A stretch of DNA of 64,000 bases, from assembly GCA_964234715.1 (NCBI GenBank), contig OZ174287.1, one strand, 5' to 3'. Below, piece after piece: positions 38,201-50,624 of the stretch (positions are counted from its first letter, which is position 1; the number at the start of each line of letters is the position of its first letter). Under the pieces are notes generated by a model. That model saw only the letters and a list, made by a program, of their open reading frames with translations. It did not search any database and was not told the DNA's origin. The translations under genes and the position numbers were made by a program. The stretch comes from Podarcis melisellensis (taxonomy: Eukaryota).

Positions 38201-40056
38201 CCTCATATATGCTGTTTCTGGGCAGGTCATCTTGGTAAACTGGAGCGTTTCCTGACCTACGGCTACATTTGCTGCTAGGAAATAAATTTATCATCTGCCT
38301 GATCCCAGTTGTAGGCTTGTTCCAGTTTGGAATTTTAGCTGTCCAACCACACCCTCACTGAGAGAGGAACGCAGATTTCAGATGCTTCTGTAGAGTGAAG
38401 AGCCTCATTATTTTCCTTGCTGGGCATAGGAGGCCCCCTCCTGGCGTATGTGTTTCAAATTCCTGCCTTAATCTCTCCCTCCTGAAGCCGCACCTAGCGG
38501 GCAAGGCCAGGGAGAGGAGGGAGGATGTGGAACAATGAAGTGCTTTGCTATGACTAAGAAGTACAGAATTCACACTCGGCTCCTCTGGAGGCTGGAGAGG
38601 AGCCAGGATCCCAAGCAGATTTCTGTTGCTTCCAAATGCACATTTAAGAAGTCTCCCATACTCTTCTGGTCTGGGATGGACAAGAGTAGAGTTAGGCAGA
38701 TGGATAGCTAGATTGTACAGGTGATGAGATCTGTGTCTGTCTAATCTTCATCAAGATTTTAATCTGGAGAAGAGATTGGCCAATGAGGACCTTGCTTTGG
38801 TCCCAGAAAATTGTTTTTTTTTTTTTTTGGTGTGTAGTATTCACCCTTGAGTTGGATAAAAATGCCTACTATTTATCACCGTTGTTGTTCTTGTAGAGAA
38901 TTTATGGGCTGCCCAAGCTTCCAGGGCAGCACATAGATAAAAGAATAAAACATTACAATAACATTATCTCTCCAGGATGTGTTTCTGTTTCTAGGGGTGA
39001 TACCTTTCCCCTACACTGCATGTGCTATATTTTCTTTCTGGGAAAATCAACTTTCCGTTTGGATGAAAGAATGGATGACAAACTATAAATAAATAAAGTG
39101 GTTTTCTTTCCTGCACCCTCCAGAGAACAGCACATCTGTTGTTGCTGCGATTGTAGTGTAGAATCTAGTTGTATCAAATGTCACAGGCATAAGTTTGATA
39201 TTTGTGGCAGCAAGCAATGTCACTCTCCCACAGTCCCATCTGCAAACCTTGTGCCATTTTTTTTAAAAAAAAGTTTGTATTTTCATTCATTCATAATGCA
39301 ATTAGGGATGCAGTCATATGCCTACTAATTTAGTAGGCATTACCCAACAGCATTTCTGAGTAAACATTGAGAGAATTGAACTACAATGCTGTGCATGCTT
39401 GCTTAGAGTAAGCCCAAGTGAGCTCTATGTAATTTGATTAAAACTACATAAGGAAAAGTAATGCAGCCGAGGTGGAATCCTAAACATGCTTCCTAGGAAG
39501 CAAAGGCCAAAGTTGAATTTGCACAGTAGATGTAACAGTGCCCTGATTTTCTTTTTAAAATTAAAAGCATCTATAGAAAGTTGCAAATTTGATATGAGTA
39601 ATATAGGATGGGGAAAGGTGCGTAACATTTAACCCTCCAGCTGTTTTTGCACTCAGAATACCCTCTCCCCCAGCTGCTGTTCCCACAAAGGATATACAGT
39701 ATTTGGCATACCAATTTACACTTTGTGTAGTTTTGGTTTACTAATGAAATAGGGATGAAAGTAGGGAAAGGTTGGTTTTTCATTGGAAAAATGGATAATA
39801 GCTTTTGCTTATTACGGTAAATTTTAAGTTATCTTAAACTTCAGGTTTTGGGAAATGCATACTGATTTATTAATTGGGTCAAAATCAAGCAATGGGTGGT
39901 ATTCAACTAAGTTTCACTCTGAGTAGACCCATTGAAATTAGTCATATGCATTAATTTCAGAGCAAAATCTAGCTGGATACCATCCAATAAATAAAACCCT
40001 TTCGATCAGTTGACAGCTCATTTTACAGGTCAAGCAGTACAGCAATGCACCAGTCC

Positions 40057-40185
40057 NNNNNNNNNNNNNNNNNNNNNNNNNNNNNNNNNNNNNNNNNNNN
40101 NNNNNNNNNNNNNNNNNNNNNNNNNNNNNNNNNNNNNNNNNNNNNNNNNNNNNNNNNNNNNNNNNNNNNNNNNNNNNNNNNNNNN
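40057..40185. other. Assembly gap (129 N)
   Basis: Run of N. Confidence 1.
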
Positions 40186-40323
40186 TTACTTCTCCACCAA
40201 ATCTGTGCCATGCCATTCTTTGACCCTTTTCTTTCCCATCCATTATTATTTGGAAGCTGAACACTCCCCCTCTTCAGTGCCAGAGTGCACAACAACCCTG
40301 TTTGTTTTTTCCCCTTCCTTTCT

Positions 40324-40324
40324 T

Positions 40325-40379
<55 letters not shown>
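40324..40379. repeat. (CT)n microsatellite
   Basis: Direct reading. Confidence 0.95.
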
Positions 40380-40383
<4 letters not shown>

Positions 40384-40574
40384 TAAATGGCAATACAACC
40401 ATATCCCCCCTCTCAGCTCCACACAAAACTATTACAGGTAGATTTGGTATCACACTGTTGTCCTCAAATGGAGACTTAGGACACCATCACACAAAGGATG
40501 GAGACAGACAAAAAACAGCATCCCACAGCTGTGGTACAAGTCTGGCTGTGCAACTAAAACGACAGATGTGAATA

Positions 40575-40762
40575 CAGTCGAAACTCGATTTACGTAACCC
40601 TCTGGCTACATAAACTTCAAGATGCGTGCATGGTAATCTTGCAAGTATTTTACCAGGTTTCGCCCGCACATGCATGCGCAGAAGCTGTCCTCAGGTTGCG
40701 GAAACCTCGGGATCCGAACGGACCTCTGGAACAGATCCTGTCCGCAACCAGAGGTACCACTG
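40575..40762. mobile_element. Tigger/pogo-like MITE
   Basis: TA|CAGT...GAGGTACCACTG|TA; right TIR resembles the 19558 element; CpG-rich interior. Confidence 0.65.
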
Positions 40763-42849
40763 TATACAGTTCAGGAAACTCTTTGCTTTTTATTTTATAT
40801 TTAAAGTTCATACTTTTACCTATTCATTCATTGCATTGACTCTTTATTTTTCAAAAAGGAAACTTCTTTTTAAAGCACAAAAAATGGGTGACGAGGAAGT
40901 TTCTTGGTGGCATCACTGGAGGTCCAGGTTTGCAGTGCTGTGACATCCCCCCCCCCCCGACAAGACCATGATACTGTAGAATATGCACATTTGGCTTGAT
41001 CTCATTGAGGACCCAAGTGCTTTGGGTCATTTTCTTGACCCAAATATTAAAATATGGTAGTGACATAAGTTCACCGGCTCTCTAGGTAAGCCCATATTTA
41101 TTTGGAGCTTGAAACCATGCCCCCTCCCTTCTCTTGAAGCCTGAATTGGGCTGACGGTGCCGCTGTTTTTGCTTCTCTCATGCAACCGCACTCTCAGGCC
41201 TTTAGCTGTTCCCTACGCCTCCGCCACCCCCAGTTTCGTAACGCCAGGCCCCACCAGGCTGGGAACATCACTCGTCTTTGTGTCTTGTTGGCCTTTTATA
41301 CATGAAGGGGAGTGTTTATATGTGTTGTAGCAACCAGGCGGTTTGAGTGTGCCCATAAAGACTGCTGGATCAGTGACTCACTGCTCAGGAACGTGGACTT
41401 GGATGGGGAACACATGGAGGGGGAAGCAGGAAGGAAAGCTGTCCTGTGGAGCTCGCAAGTTGGGAGGGAGTGATACACAGCTGAGCCCTTCTACTTTGCC
41501 TCCTTGCAGCTCCCATAAAGGTGTACCCAGCCTTCCCAGGACCTGGAAATTAAGGACTTTGGAGTGCACAAGCCAGACTCCCCTCTTTCCTTTCTGTGTG
41601 TGACAGACAGCAGAGGTGGGGTAGTGAGGATCAGCAACAGCACTCCCTTTTGAGTCTATATTGCTTCCAGGACAAAGGAGCCAATTTGCTCTTCCTTGTT
41701 CCTCCCAGTAGATTCCAGTCCCCTTTTGTGCCTTTGGTTGTGTACGCACACAAACAGCAAGCTGAGGAATTAATGGTGTACTAGCATCCTTGCTTGCTAA
41801 TTTTCAAAGTGTGTTCTTGCCAGGGAATCCTGGGTTCCTCTTCCTCAGGAGCGAATAAGTTTCCTCAGTGGGGACATCACTATCAGCAGGTAAGCTTCCC
41901 TAAAAGGCTCATCTACTCCTGAGCTTCATCTTAATGCACAGCCACATGGGGAATGTTGGATGCATTCCAGGGCACAGTCTCAGTTCACACAAGGTAAGGC
42001 CTATGAGACCCAATCCAGGCCCCATGTGAACTAAGTACAAGCCCTGGAACAGGCCCCAATTTCCTTCTGCAGTGTGCTGAGGGTTTCATGGCATACATCA
42101 GAGGTTCCTCATGTGGAAAGGGTACCCTCATGGCAAAACATTTATTGTTTCCAAGTGGCAGGCTGTGTGTCTTACTCACAAGTTGTTGGTGGACTGACTG
42201 GGAGGGTTTCAGACTGCCACTTTGCAGGCCATGCCATGCTAGACCCTTTGCCTGGCAAGCCCATCCATTTTTTTGGTCAATTTTACTGCTAAAGGACAAG
42301 GAGTCGTTTTGAAACCACAGCAGAACTGAAATGGACTATGCCAGGAATTGCTTGACCAAAACTAGCTAGAGCCTCTCTTCATCAGATCTGCTTGTCATTT
42401 GTATCATCATCATCATCATCATCATCATCATTAAATTTGCATCCTTATATCTCAGGGTGGTTCACAGCATAAGAATACAAGATAAAACACAGTCTAGGGT
42501 GCACATGGATGCGCTCATGTCAAGTGTGCTCTAGCTTTGCTCTAGCTTAGCTCTAGCTTAGCAGTTTCAGTCACAAATGCCTCCCCTCAGAATCCAGTGT
42601 GGACTGTGCCAACTGTTCCCAGTGCATATTGGGGAGGGGGCGTGGCAAGGGGGCAGACTATTTCAAACATACCATCAGAGGTGTGTTTTTTTGAGAGAAA
42701 ATTTTCTCAAAATCCCCACCCAAGACTGTGCTGCTTCAGGTCATCCATCCCTTTTCCTCCCCCTTCTACCACAAATTTAAATGTGGCAGTACAGTGAGCC
42801 CCACCTGTTCATGCCAGTTTTGAGAATACTTCCATTGCGTTGTTGTGTT

Positions 42850-42982
42850 AGAATCATAGAATTGTAGAGTTGGAAGGGACTATGAGGGTCATCTAGTCCA
42901 ACCCCCTGCCATGCAAATATTTTGTCCAACATGGGGCTTGAACACATGACCCTGAGATTAAGAGTCTCGTGCTCTACTGACT
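42850..42982 (-). mobile_element. Squam3-like SINE (tRNA-derived head + CR1-like tail)
   Basis: Minus strand reads AGTCAGTAGAGCACGAGACTCTTAATCTCAGGGTC...GTTCAAGCCCC (A/B box-like) then CCCTTCCAACTCTACAATTCTATGATTCT. Confidence 0.8.
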
Positions 42983-45979
42983 ATGTGCCTTCTCCAGTTT
43001 TTGTTTGTATGCACACTGGCAGTGGGATAAGTCTGTATATTCTTGCATACTTTGTTGAATGCTGAATACTGTAGCTGCTGTTGGTCATAGCTCACTTCCA
43101 TTTAAGTTTAAACAGTAGAGCTTGACAGATGGATGGTCTTGAAACTTGCAGGTTTGAAACCTTGAGGACTTGAAACCTGCAGCTCTTTAAAAGAACAAAA
43201 GCTCAGAATCAGGATTCTGCTCTGCATGGCAGACCATGTTCCGGGGGGCAGTCAAGACGGGACCTACGTGCAACAGAGGGGGTGTTTGGAACTCGCCCTT
43301 CCTTGCACAAATGTTGTGAAGCCAAGAAGGAGCCGATAAGGATCAGAGCTGTCCGGATATGGCCGGCTTCCAGGTGTAGCTATGCCACTCTGGAGGGGGG
43401 GCAGCTTTTGTTCAGGCTGTCATTGTGTGACTTCCGGGGGAAGGAAGTGATTCCTGGTGTTGCTGGTCCAGCGGTGGCCAGAGTCTCTGGGAGATGAGGA
43501 ATTGCCCTCGCAGGTGTTGTTGTGGAGAAAATGACTGCCCTTGCTGGATTTGGGGGCTGGGGGGTGGTGGGATATCCTGATTCCGAAGAACCACCCTTTC
43601 CCCCCAGAGGCCACATGTGAAGTTTGTCCCAAATTTGCAGACTTTATTACTAAAGCAGATGTTGGCGCTGCGTAGCCAGTAAAAGACTGGAAAACCAGGG
43701 CAGCTTGTGTGAGTAAACAGCAGAGGGTTTGGGTTAGAAAAATCACTTCTGCTCTGTTTGATTGTAGAATGGGTACTCTCAGTGCCAGAAACTGAGAATC
43801 CAAGATTCAAAATCCCACTAAATAACTATTTCTAAAGTTTCCATTGTTGTTGTATGATGGGGTTTTTCTTTACCAGCCTTTGCTAACCTGGTACTCTCCA
43901 GTGGTTTTGGAATACAACTTCCATCAGCCGCAGCCAGCACAGCCATTCTGTACAGTTCAGCACTGGACCTGGTTTTTCTCAGGCATTGCACTGCTTGTCT
44001 GGCAAACATAGGTCACCTGCAAACCTTAAAACAGTAATATCTGCCTGATACCTGACGAGGACAACACTAAAAGTACCACCATATCCAAAAACAGTTTGTC
44101 AGAGCATGTTGACCTGGGTAAGAAGGACTGCTGTAGTCATTTGATTACATGCTAGATAGATTATTTGAGATGTTATCGCAATAACAACAACCCTATGAGG
44201 TAGACAAGTGTTTTTATCGCTGTGTTGGGGCTGAAAGTTCATGGCTTACTTACAGCCACCAGCTGAACCCATGCATAAGAGAAAAAACGTCTGAACTCCT
44301 AGTTCAACACATTCTGTTATCACTATGCTACTTAAATAGCCAAAGTCCACGTTAGAACCAGATTCTGTTCTCATTTGCAAAGCAAGCAGCCCAATCCTCT
44401 GGATGCCTGTAAAATGGGTGTCACTGTAGCCACATACACACTGTTGAAAGCTACTTGTTGAAAGTTACTCTAGGTCTAGGATATTTGACCAGTGATGCTA
44501 ATGCCCTACTTTGCCTCCTTTCTTCCAGCGAAGATCCTCAGGGGATTGCCTTGTGCAGAATGGCTTCTACCATCCATGACTGCCCCTTTAAGGAGGCCCC
44601 AGTCCTCCTTTCCAGGAGACAGTCAGGCAAGCCCAAAAGAAGAGCAGAGTAGGGAGCAGCTGGCACCACCAAGACCTATAGAAATTTAAATAGCCAAGAG
44701 GTAGTAATCAGGAGTGGAAGAAGTCTGGCTTGATGAAGAAGGAAAGAGAGGAACAGAGGCCTGAGGGACAGCCATCTCTTGTATCCAGTGCAATTTCTCT
44801 CTCGGCCAGGGCATGGGGGACCTGACAAGAGGCTCTCCCTACCACCCTAGTACTCTTGGTAGAGGATATTGGGGAACCTGGCCATTTGAGTGCCCATTGG
44901 GTGTCCTTAGAAGGCACGAACAAGAGGACTGATCCCTTCCCTATATCCCATAGCTGTGGGAAAGGGCTATTGGGGTGCCCCATGCCCCACAAGCTAGAAA
45001 TAACCCATTATGAACCAATTGGGATTGGGGTGAACTCCTGGTGTCTACAGCAGATATCACTGGAGAGGACCCAGGCATGGAGAAATGTGAGAGAACTTTC
45101 TGAGAAGGTTGTGCTATTGCTTTGATAGTTTGTAAAAATTTGGGACTGTATTACCTAGGAAAAGGTGTGTGAGATTGGGGGCCTCAGATTACAGCAAGGG
45201 CCACAGCTCAATCCATCTGGAGCTGCTGCACTTTGCCTGCCTTGCCTTGAATTAGGACTCATGTTTGAGCATATTCACCCATAGACTGTGGGACAGTCAG
45301 TGTGCCGGTCCCTTTGGGCAATGTAGCTCTGTCCCAGCTTAACACCTGCAGGGCCTTGTATGGTATACCCTCCATGCAGCACATCAGTTGCATTGCCTGA
45401 CACACCAGTGCAGCTCTCTGGACGTTTTGCTGTATTGGTGCAACCCCACAAATCATAAGCTTTTCTTTGTCATGTTTGGACCCTTTCCTTCCTCTGAGGA
45501 GCTCAAGGTAGCTCAAGATAGCTCAAGGGCTATCTCATTTTATTATTGTAAGCAACGTGCGAGGTTGTGAGACAATGACTTGCCACATGCAAGCCAGTGG
45601 TCTTCACAGATACGTGGGGATTTTCAGCTTGGCCTTTTTCTCACATGTCAAGCCTGCATTCTAGCTACTGCTGCAAAACAAAGAAGCCCAAACCAGTCTG
45701 TTGAAATGCTGTCGTTAGTACGTTGCTTGAAGGGGCGGTGACCAGAAATGACTTCTTAAAAAATCATTTATAAAACAATCATAGCAGCATTATGGTGTAA
45801 TAGCACTATACTTTTCTTTCATTTAAAAACAGTATAGCTGGGAAAGCATTTTTGCACTGATTAAAAGATTGATTAAAAAATAAACGAGGTCATAAAGTGG
45901 CCTAAACCACAAGGACTATAGTGGATGTGTGCTGAACTTCAACTGTGAACCGCCCTGTGATCTTTTGATGAAGGGTGGT

Positions 45980-46805
45980 TGTCAGGGGTTCAGGAGTGGA
46001 GGCACAGGGGAAGGAGGAAGCGGAGAGCGAAGGGGAACAATCCGAGGGCAGTGTAGGTGAGGAAGACAGTGGGGCAAGAGATTCCATGAGTCTGTCCAGT
46101 GAGTCGGAAGATTCACAGAAGGGGGCACCCATAGCCAGAGCAAGGGGGTTCCCGGGAGGGAGGCACCAGAAGCAAGGAACCAGCGGTGACTCCCAGAGCA
46201 GCAGCTGGAGATCGGGACCAAGTTCCCCACCAGAGCGTAGCGGGGGGGGGGGAGAGTCCCAGGTGTCAGGACCGGTTTCCACTCCAGGGGAAAGAGAAGA
46301 TGAGGCAGGGCTGACCACGCCCCTGTCGCTGAGTGAGGGAATAGAGGGGAAGTCAGATCCAGTTAGCCCCCACGAAGGAGGGAGCAGTGAAAGGAGCGGT
46401 GTAACGGTCAGGAGGAAGGTTACAGGCTGGGCGCGCACGCCAAGTTCAAATGCAGAGGCGCGCGGCACAGCCGGGAGCGCAGACTGGGAGCCAGGTCCTA
46501 AAGCGCGCCGGAAGCAGGGGGAAGAATCCGGGGACTCAGCGTCAGAAGAGTCCAGAAAGGGCAACACCCCAGCGGGCAGAAGGACCCAGAGGAGAAAGGA
46601 GCAAAGGAGGAGGTGGAGCAAGGCTAGGGTCTTGAACTGGTGTCTGGGGGGAGGAGATTCAGACGGAGCTTCAGCGGTCTAGGGTTGAGACGTAGAGCTG
46701 CGCGCCGCGGCTTTGGAATCGAAACTGAACCTTAATAAAGACTTTTGTATATAACAAGAACTGCCGTTCGTCCTCTGTGAGCTGGGACCTTGGGCAGCTC
46801 TGACA
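45980..46805 (+). mobile_element. Solo LTR (probably Ty3/Gypsy), 826 bp, nested in an L2-type 3' tail
   Basis: TGTCAG...CTGACA termini; perfect 5-bp TSD GTGGT (45975-45979, 46806-46810); AATAAA at 46734-46739; removing it rejoins TGTGAACCGCCC...GGGTGGTATACAAATGTAATAAAGAAATAAA. Confidence 0.85.
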
Positions 46806-49320
46806 GTGGTATACAAATGTAATAAAGAAATAAAATGGTCTCACCCACCACTGCTATATTGTACCCACTGTGTTCCAAATAGCATGGCAACTGAAAACTC
46901 AGTTGCAGCTCTGATAGTAGCTTACAGCAAAGGAGAAGTTTGGGGTCAGTATGTAGGAGTCATAACACCCTTCAACTGCTTGAATTAGGTTGCCAGAGAA
47001 GACTATAATACACCAGTTTTTAAAATTTGTAATATCCTAATTCATTATTTTCGGCATTATAGCAATCAGATAGTGTGAATGCCTGACGGCTTAAAGAATG
47101 AAACAGACAAATTACCAGCGCCTAACTAGGAATTCCAAGCAGGATAGAGTTTGCTTCGTTCAGAAATTCCCTCTGCAAAAGGCACGGACAAAAGACAGTT
47201 TGGGCTTTTGCTGGACAGACTTGAGGAGGGTCTTAAAAATGTTCAAGTTTCCCAAAATCACAAGGTTCTTCATTCGGCAGAAGAGTTTTCTGCGTGGGAA
47301 CCTGGAATTGCCAGTGTTCTGTTGCCTTTCCCCCTGTGCCTCGTTCCCCGTTTTCCCTTGGGCTTGGCTCGTGACTTTTCCCAGCAATTCCCCTCCCCTC
47401 CCGCTCCTCTACTTTTCAAATAGTACCATTCCAGGAGTCATAAATCTGCCTATCTTTCAGCCCCAGTCCCAACGCTGTGTACGGCGGTGGCTATTTCCAG
47501 CATGACCCAAGAATGCCAAGCGGGGGATGCACGCTATGTGCTGCTTGGGTGAAAACCAATATCGGTTCCAATCTGCCCCCTCCTCACCCACATGCCTGCC
47601 TGCACGCTTTCCTTCTGCATGCAGGCACACCATGGCTGGGCCGGGCTCTGTTCAGAGAGGAACAAGACATTGAATTAACAGCAGAAGGCTTGGTCTAATT
47701 CTGATCTGAGGTGGCATCCCAATATCTAGGAGGCACCACTTCAAACTGCCTTGTGGGGGGGCAGCAGAGGATAACATAATTGTGAGTTGCTTCATACAAA
47801 AAAATCTTCCCATCTAGAAGATTGGCATGTCCAGGAGACCAAGCTAGAACCTTTCCCCCTGAGTTTACTGCATAAAGGGATTATTATTCTTTGCATGGTA
47901 GAGTGTACATGTCATGGGAGCCCCCACCCTGAAATGGTACAATCCTGACTTAGGATGACCAATGCAGTGAGAACAGGTCTGTCTGCAGCTAGGAAATTGA
48001 TGGGGAAATGCACTGGAAAGCGTGGGTTGAACAAATGGTTAATGGGAAGATGTGTATACTCCACAACAAGCAAATCAGGGTGAATGCTCATTGGCATATA
48101 AATGTCCCGCAAACAAATCAGAATGAGTGCAAAGCAAATCAGAGTGTATGCCCAATAAACAGGTTGTCTGGAGGAGCCCATTACTATTCAGGGCCTATTA
48201 CTGAATTACAGTATTTCCTAATCATAGCATCCCACTTTCCTTTTTTGCTGCTTTGGGCAAGTGCTGTATCAGACTATATGCACCAGAGGGCAGCCTTGAC
48301 TTTCAGCATTTTTTTCAGGCAAGTGCCACAAACTTAATATATTAGTCATGGTGTCATTCTCCACTATGAACAAATTTTCTGACAATAACAATAACTTAGT
48401 GTAACGTAAAGCAAAGTACATATGCTTTGAAATAGTCACATACTCTTCTCCCGCATAGACCTGCCTCTATTTCACCTCCTTTCTCTGTTGTTTCCCTGTG
48501 CTTATTATGGATTGTAACTTCCATGGTGCAGGGACCTGTCATGCCTGTTTTCTTAAAGTGTCAAGGACATAGATGGTGATAGACAGATTTAACAATAATG
48601 TGGAGGAGGTGGAAGAGGCTTACGGGGTGTGTGTGTAGTTTTGCTACTCTTAGCCACTCTCAAAAGTTGATTATAGTTCCTTATTTTAACAATTTCCCCC
48701 TAACTTTACTGCACCTTAGTAGCTCATAATCCAATTACAGGCTGTCTGCTCACACTGTGAACTGTCAGTCCTCACGCAGCACATCAACCACGAATTATAG
48801 TCCAATCAAGATTATGAAAGTGTCTGCTTTTGCAGAATGCCTGAGAAAACAACAACATAAACTGGTGAGGGTTTATGTCTAGCAGGGCACACAACGCAAT
48901 ATAAATTGGCTTGGTATAGCTTGTGCCCCCCAAAATTGTACATTGGAAATAAAGGAAGCTCTAAAAAATGTTCACAAAATGTCACATGATGAGATGGATG
49001 TTTTCCCAAATGCTGCGACAAACAGTAAGCAGTAAGTACCCACAAAACTTGTGCAATCACATTCTTCACAGCTCTGAACAGTAACAATATATGTGGGAGA
49101 GATAATTATAGTTTTGCCATGGGCAAAATACTACATTGGATTGCTCTGAAAATGTGGTGTCTTAAAGGGAGAAAGTCCTTTAGTGGTGGGGCCAGTGCTG
49201 GGTTGGAGAAGGTTTCTGCAAGGTGGGCTTCTTCCACATAGGCAGGCCCTACAATTAGGCAGCGAGAAACAGCCTCAGGCAGCAGCAGTCCCTCCACTAT
49301 TCTCAGTGAATCTCCTAAAC

Positions 49321-49460
49321 CAGGTTTAGGGGACTCTTGGCCTTCCAGATGTTACTGAACTAAAAGTCCCATCAGCCCCAACAAGCGTGGCCAACAGCCA
49401 AGAATGATGGGAGTTACAAGTTCAACAACATCTGGAGGGCCAAAGGTTCCCCACATCTGC
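49321..49460. mobile_element. Degenerate hairpin MITE copy
   Basis: GGCCTTCCAGATGTT...AACATCTGGAGGGCC arms. Confidence 0.6.
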
Positions 49461-49940
49461 CCTAAACTAGCCTGCCACCATTAGGTTCAGTGGAGGCTGT
49501 TGTCCCATCACCAGTGTTGAAATGATTCAATTGCCAGTGCAGGACATGGAATGAGGGGCATCACCGTCTCCTTTGCCCCATTCAAGATGTGCACTCTGCA
49601 GCCCAAGAAAGCAGCAATTGCCCTAGCCACCTGCCAGAATTGGCCCAGATAAACTTCTGGTCACAGGAGCTAAGAGGTTTCCGTACCCCTGGTCTACACT
49701 GATCGGCAATAGCTCTACAGAGTTTCAGGTAGGAGATGTTCCCAGCTTTAGCTGGAGATGCTGGGAATTGAACCTGGGACCTTCTGAGCTTCAGCCCTTC
49801 CTCAAGAGAAAAGAGACACTTGTTGGTTGATGTAGGGAAGAATTGAAGACTCCTTCAGTGGGGATTGCTTTCTCTCCACAGCACAGGGAATGGGGCAGCC
49901 AGCATTAAGAATCTCATGATTTCATTCTTGTGTCTTGCAG

Positions 49941-50624
49941 GATGAGGTGAAGCTGCCAACCAAGCTGAGCATTAGTAAGTCTTTGAAAGAGGCGGAAAAA
50001 GAAGGGGAAGAGGTCGTGGTGGATGAGGAGCACCCTGAAGAGGAACATATTGAGCTCTCCTCAGATGAAGAGGTGGAGGTGGAAGAGATTATTGAGGAGT
50101 CACGGGCAGAACGCATTAAGAGGAGCGGCATGAGGAGAGTGGATGACTTCAAGAAGGCCTTCTCCAAAGAGAAGATGGAGAAGACTAAGGTGAAGACCAG
50201 AGAGAACCTGGAAAAAACCAAGGTGAAGACCAGAGAGAACCTGGAGAAGACCAAGCAGAACCTGGAGAAGACTCGACACAACTTGGAGAAGAGGATGAAC
50301 AAGTTGGGCACCAAGATTGTCACCAATGAGCGCAGGGAGAAGATGAAGACCTCCCGGGAGAAGCTGAAGAAGTCCTTCACTCCTGACCACGTGGTCTATG
50401 CACGCTCCAAGACAGCTGTCTACAAAGTACCACCTTTCACGTTCCATGTCAAGAAGATCCGAGAGGGGGAGGTGGAAGTGAAGGCCACTGAGATGGTGGA
50501 GGTTGGTGGGGATGAGGCAGAGAACACAGATCTGATGAGGGGTGAGAGCCCTGAGATGAGCACCCTCTTGCATATTAAAGAAGAGGCGGACACGATGCTG
50601 GCAGACAAGAGTGACAGCGAGTGA
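49941..50624 (+). CDS. CAVIN1: CAVIN1 exon 2 CDS (227 aa + stop): DR2, HR2 with UC1 repeats, DR3; full protein 369 aa
   Basis: TTGCAG acceptor; DEVKLPTKLSISKSLKE...SFTPDHVVYARSKTAVYKVPPFTFHVKK...DKSDSE*. Confidence 0.97.
   Translation, partial: DEVKLPTKLSISKSLKEAEKEGEEVVVDEEHPEEEHIELSSDEEVEVEEIIEESRAERIKRSGMRRVDDFKKAFSKEKMEKTKVKTRENLEKTKVKTRENLEKTKQNLEKTRHNLEKRMNKLGTKIVTNERREKMKTSREKLKKSFTPDHVVYARSKTAVYKVPPFTFHVKKIREGEVEVKATEMVEVGGDEAENTDLMRGESPEMSTLLHIKEEADTMLADKSDSE

Noticed and set aside
39938-40441. ORFs spanning the N run
   Set aside because: Artefacts of the assembly gap
42920-42982. tRNA gene
   Set aside because: Degenerate tRNA-like head fused to a CR1-type tail, so a SINE; no full cloverleaf
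49922-50608. Antisense ORFs (152, 157, 62 aa) over CAVIN1 exon 2; also those over exon 1
   Set aside because: Shadow frames of a codon-biased, repetitive coding exon
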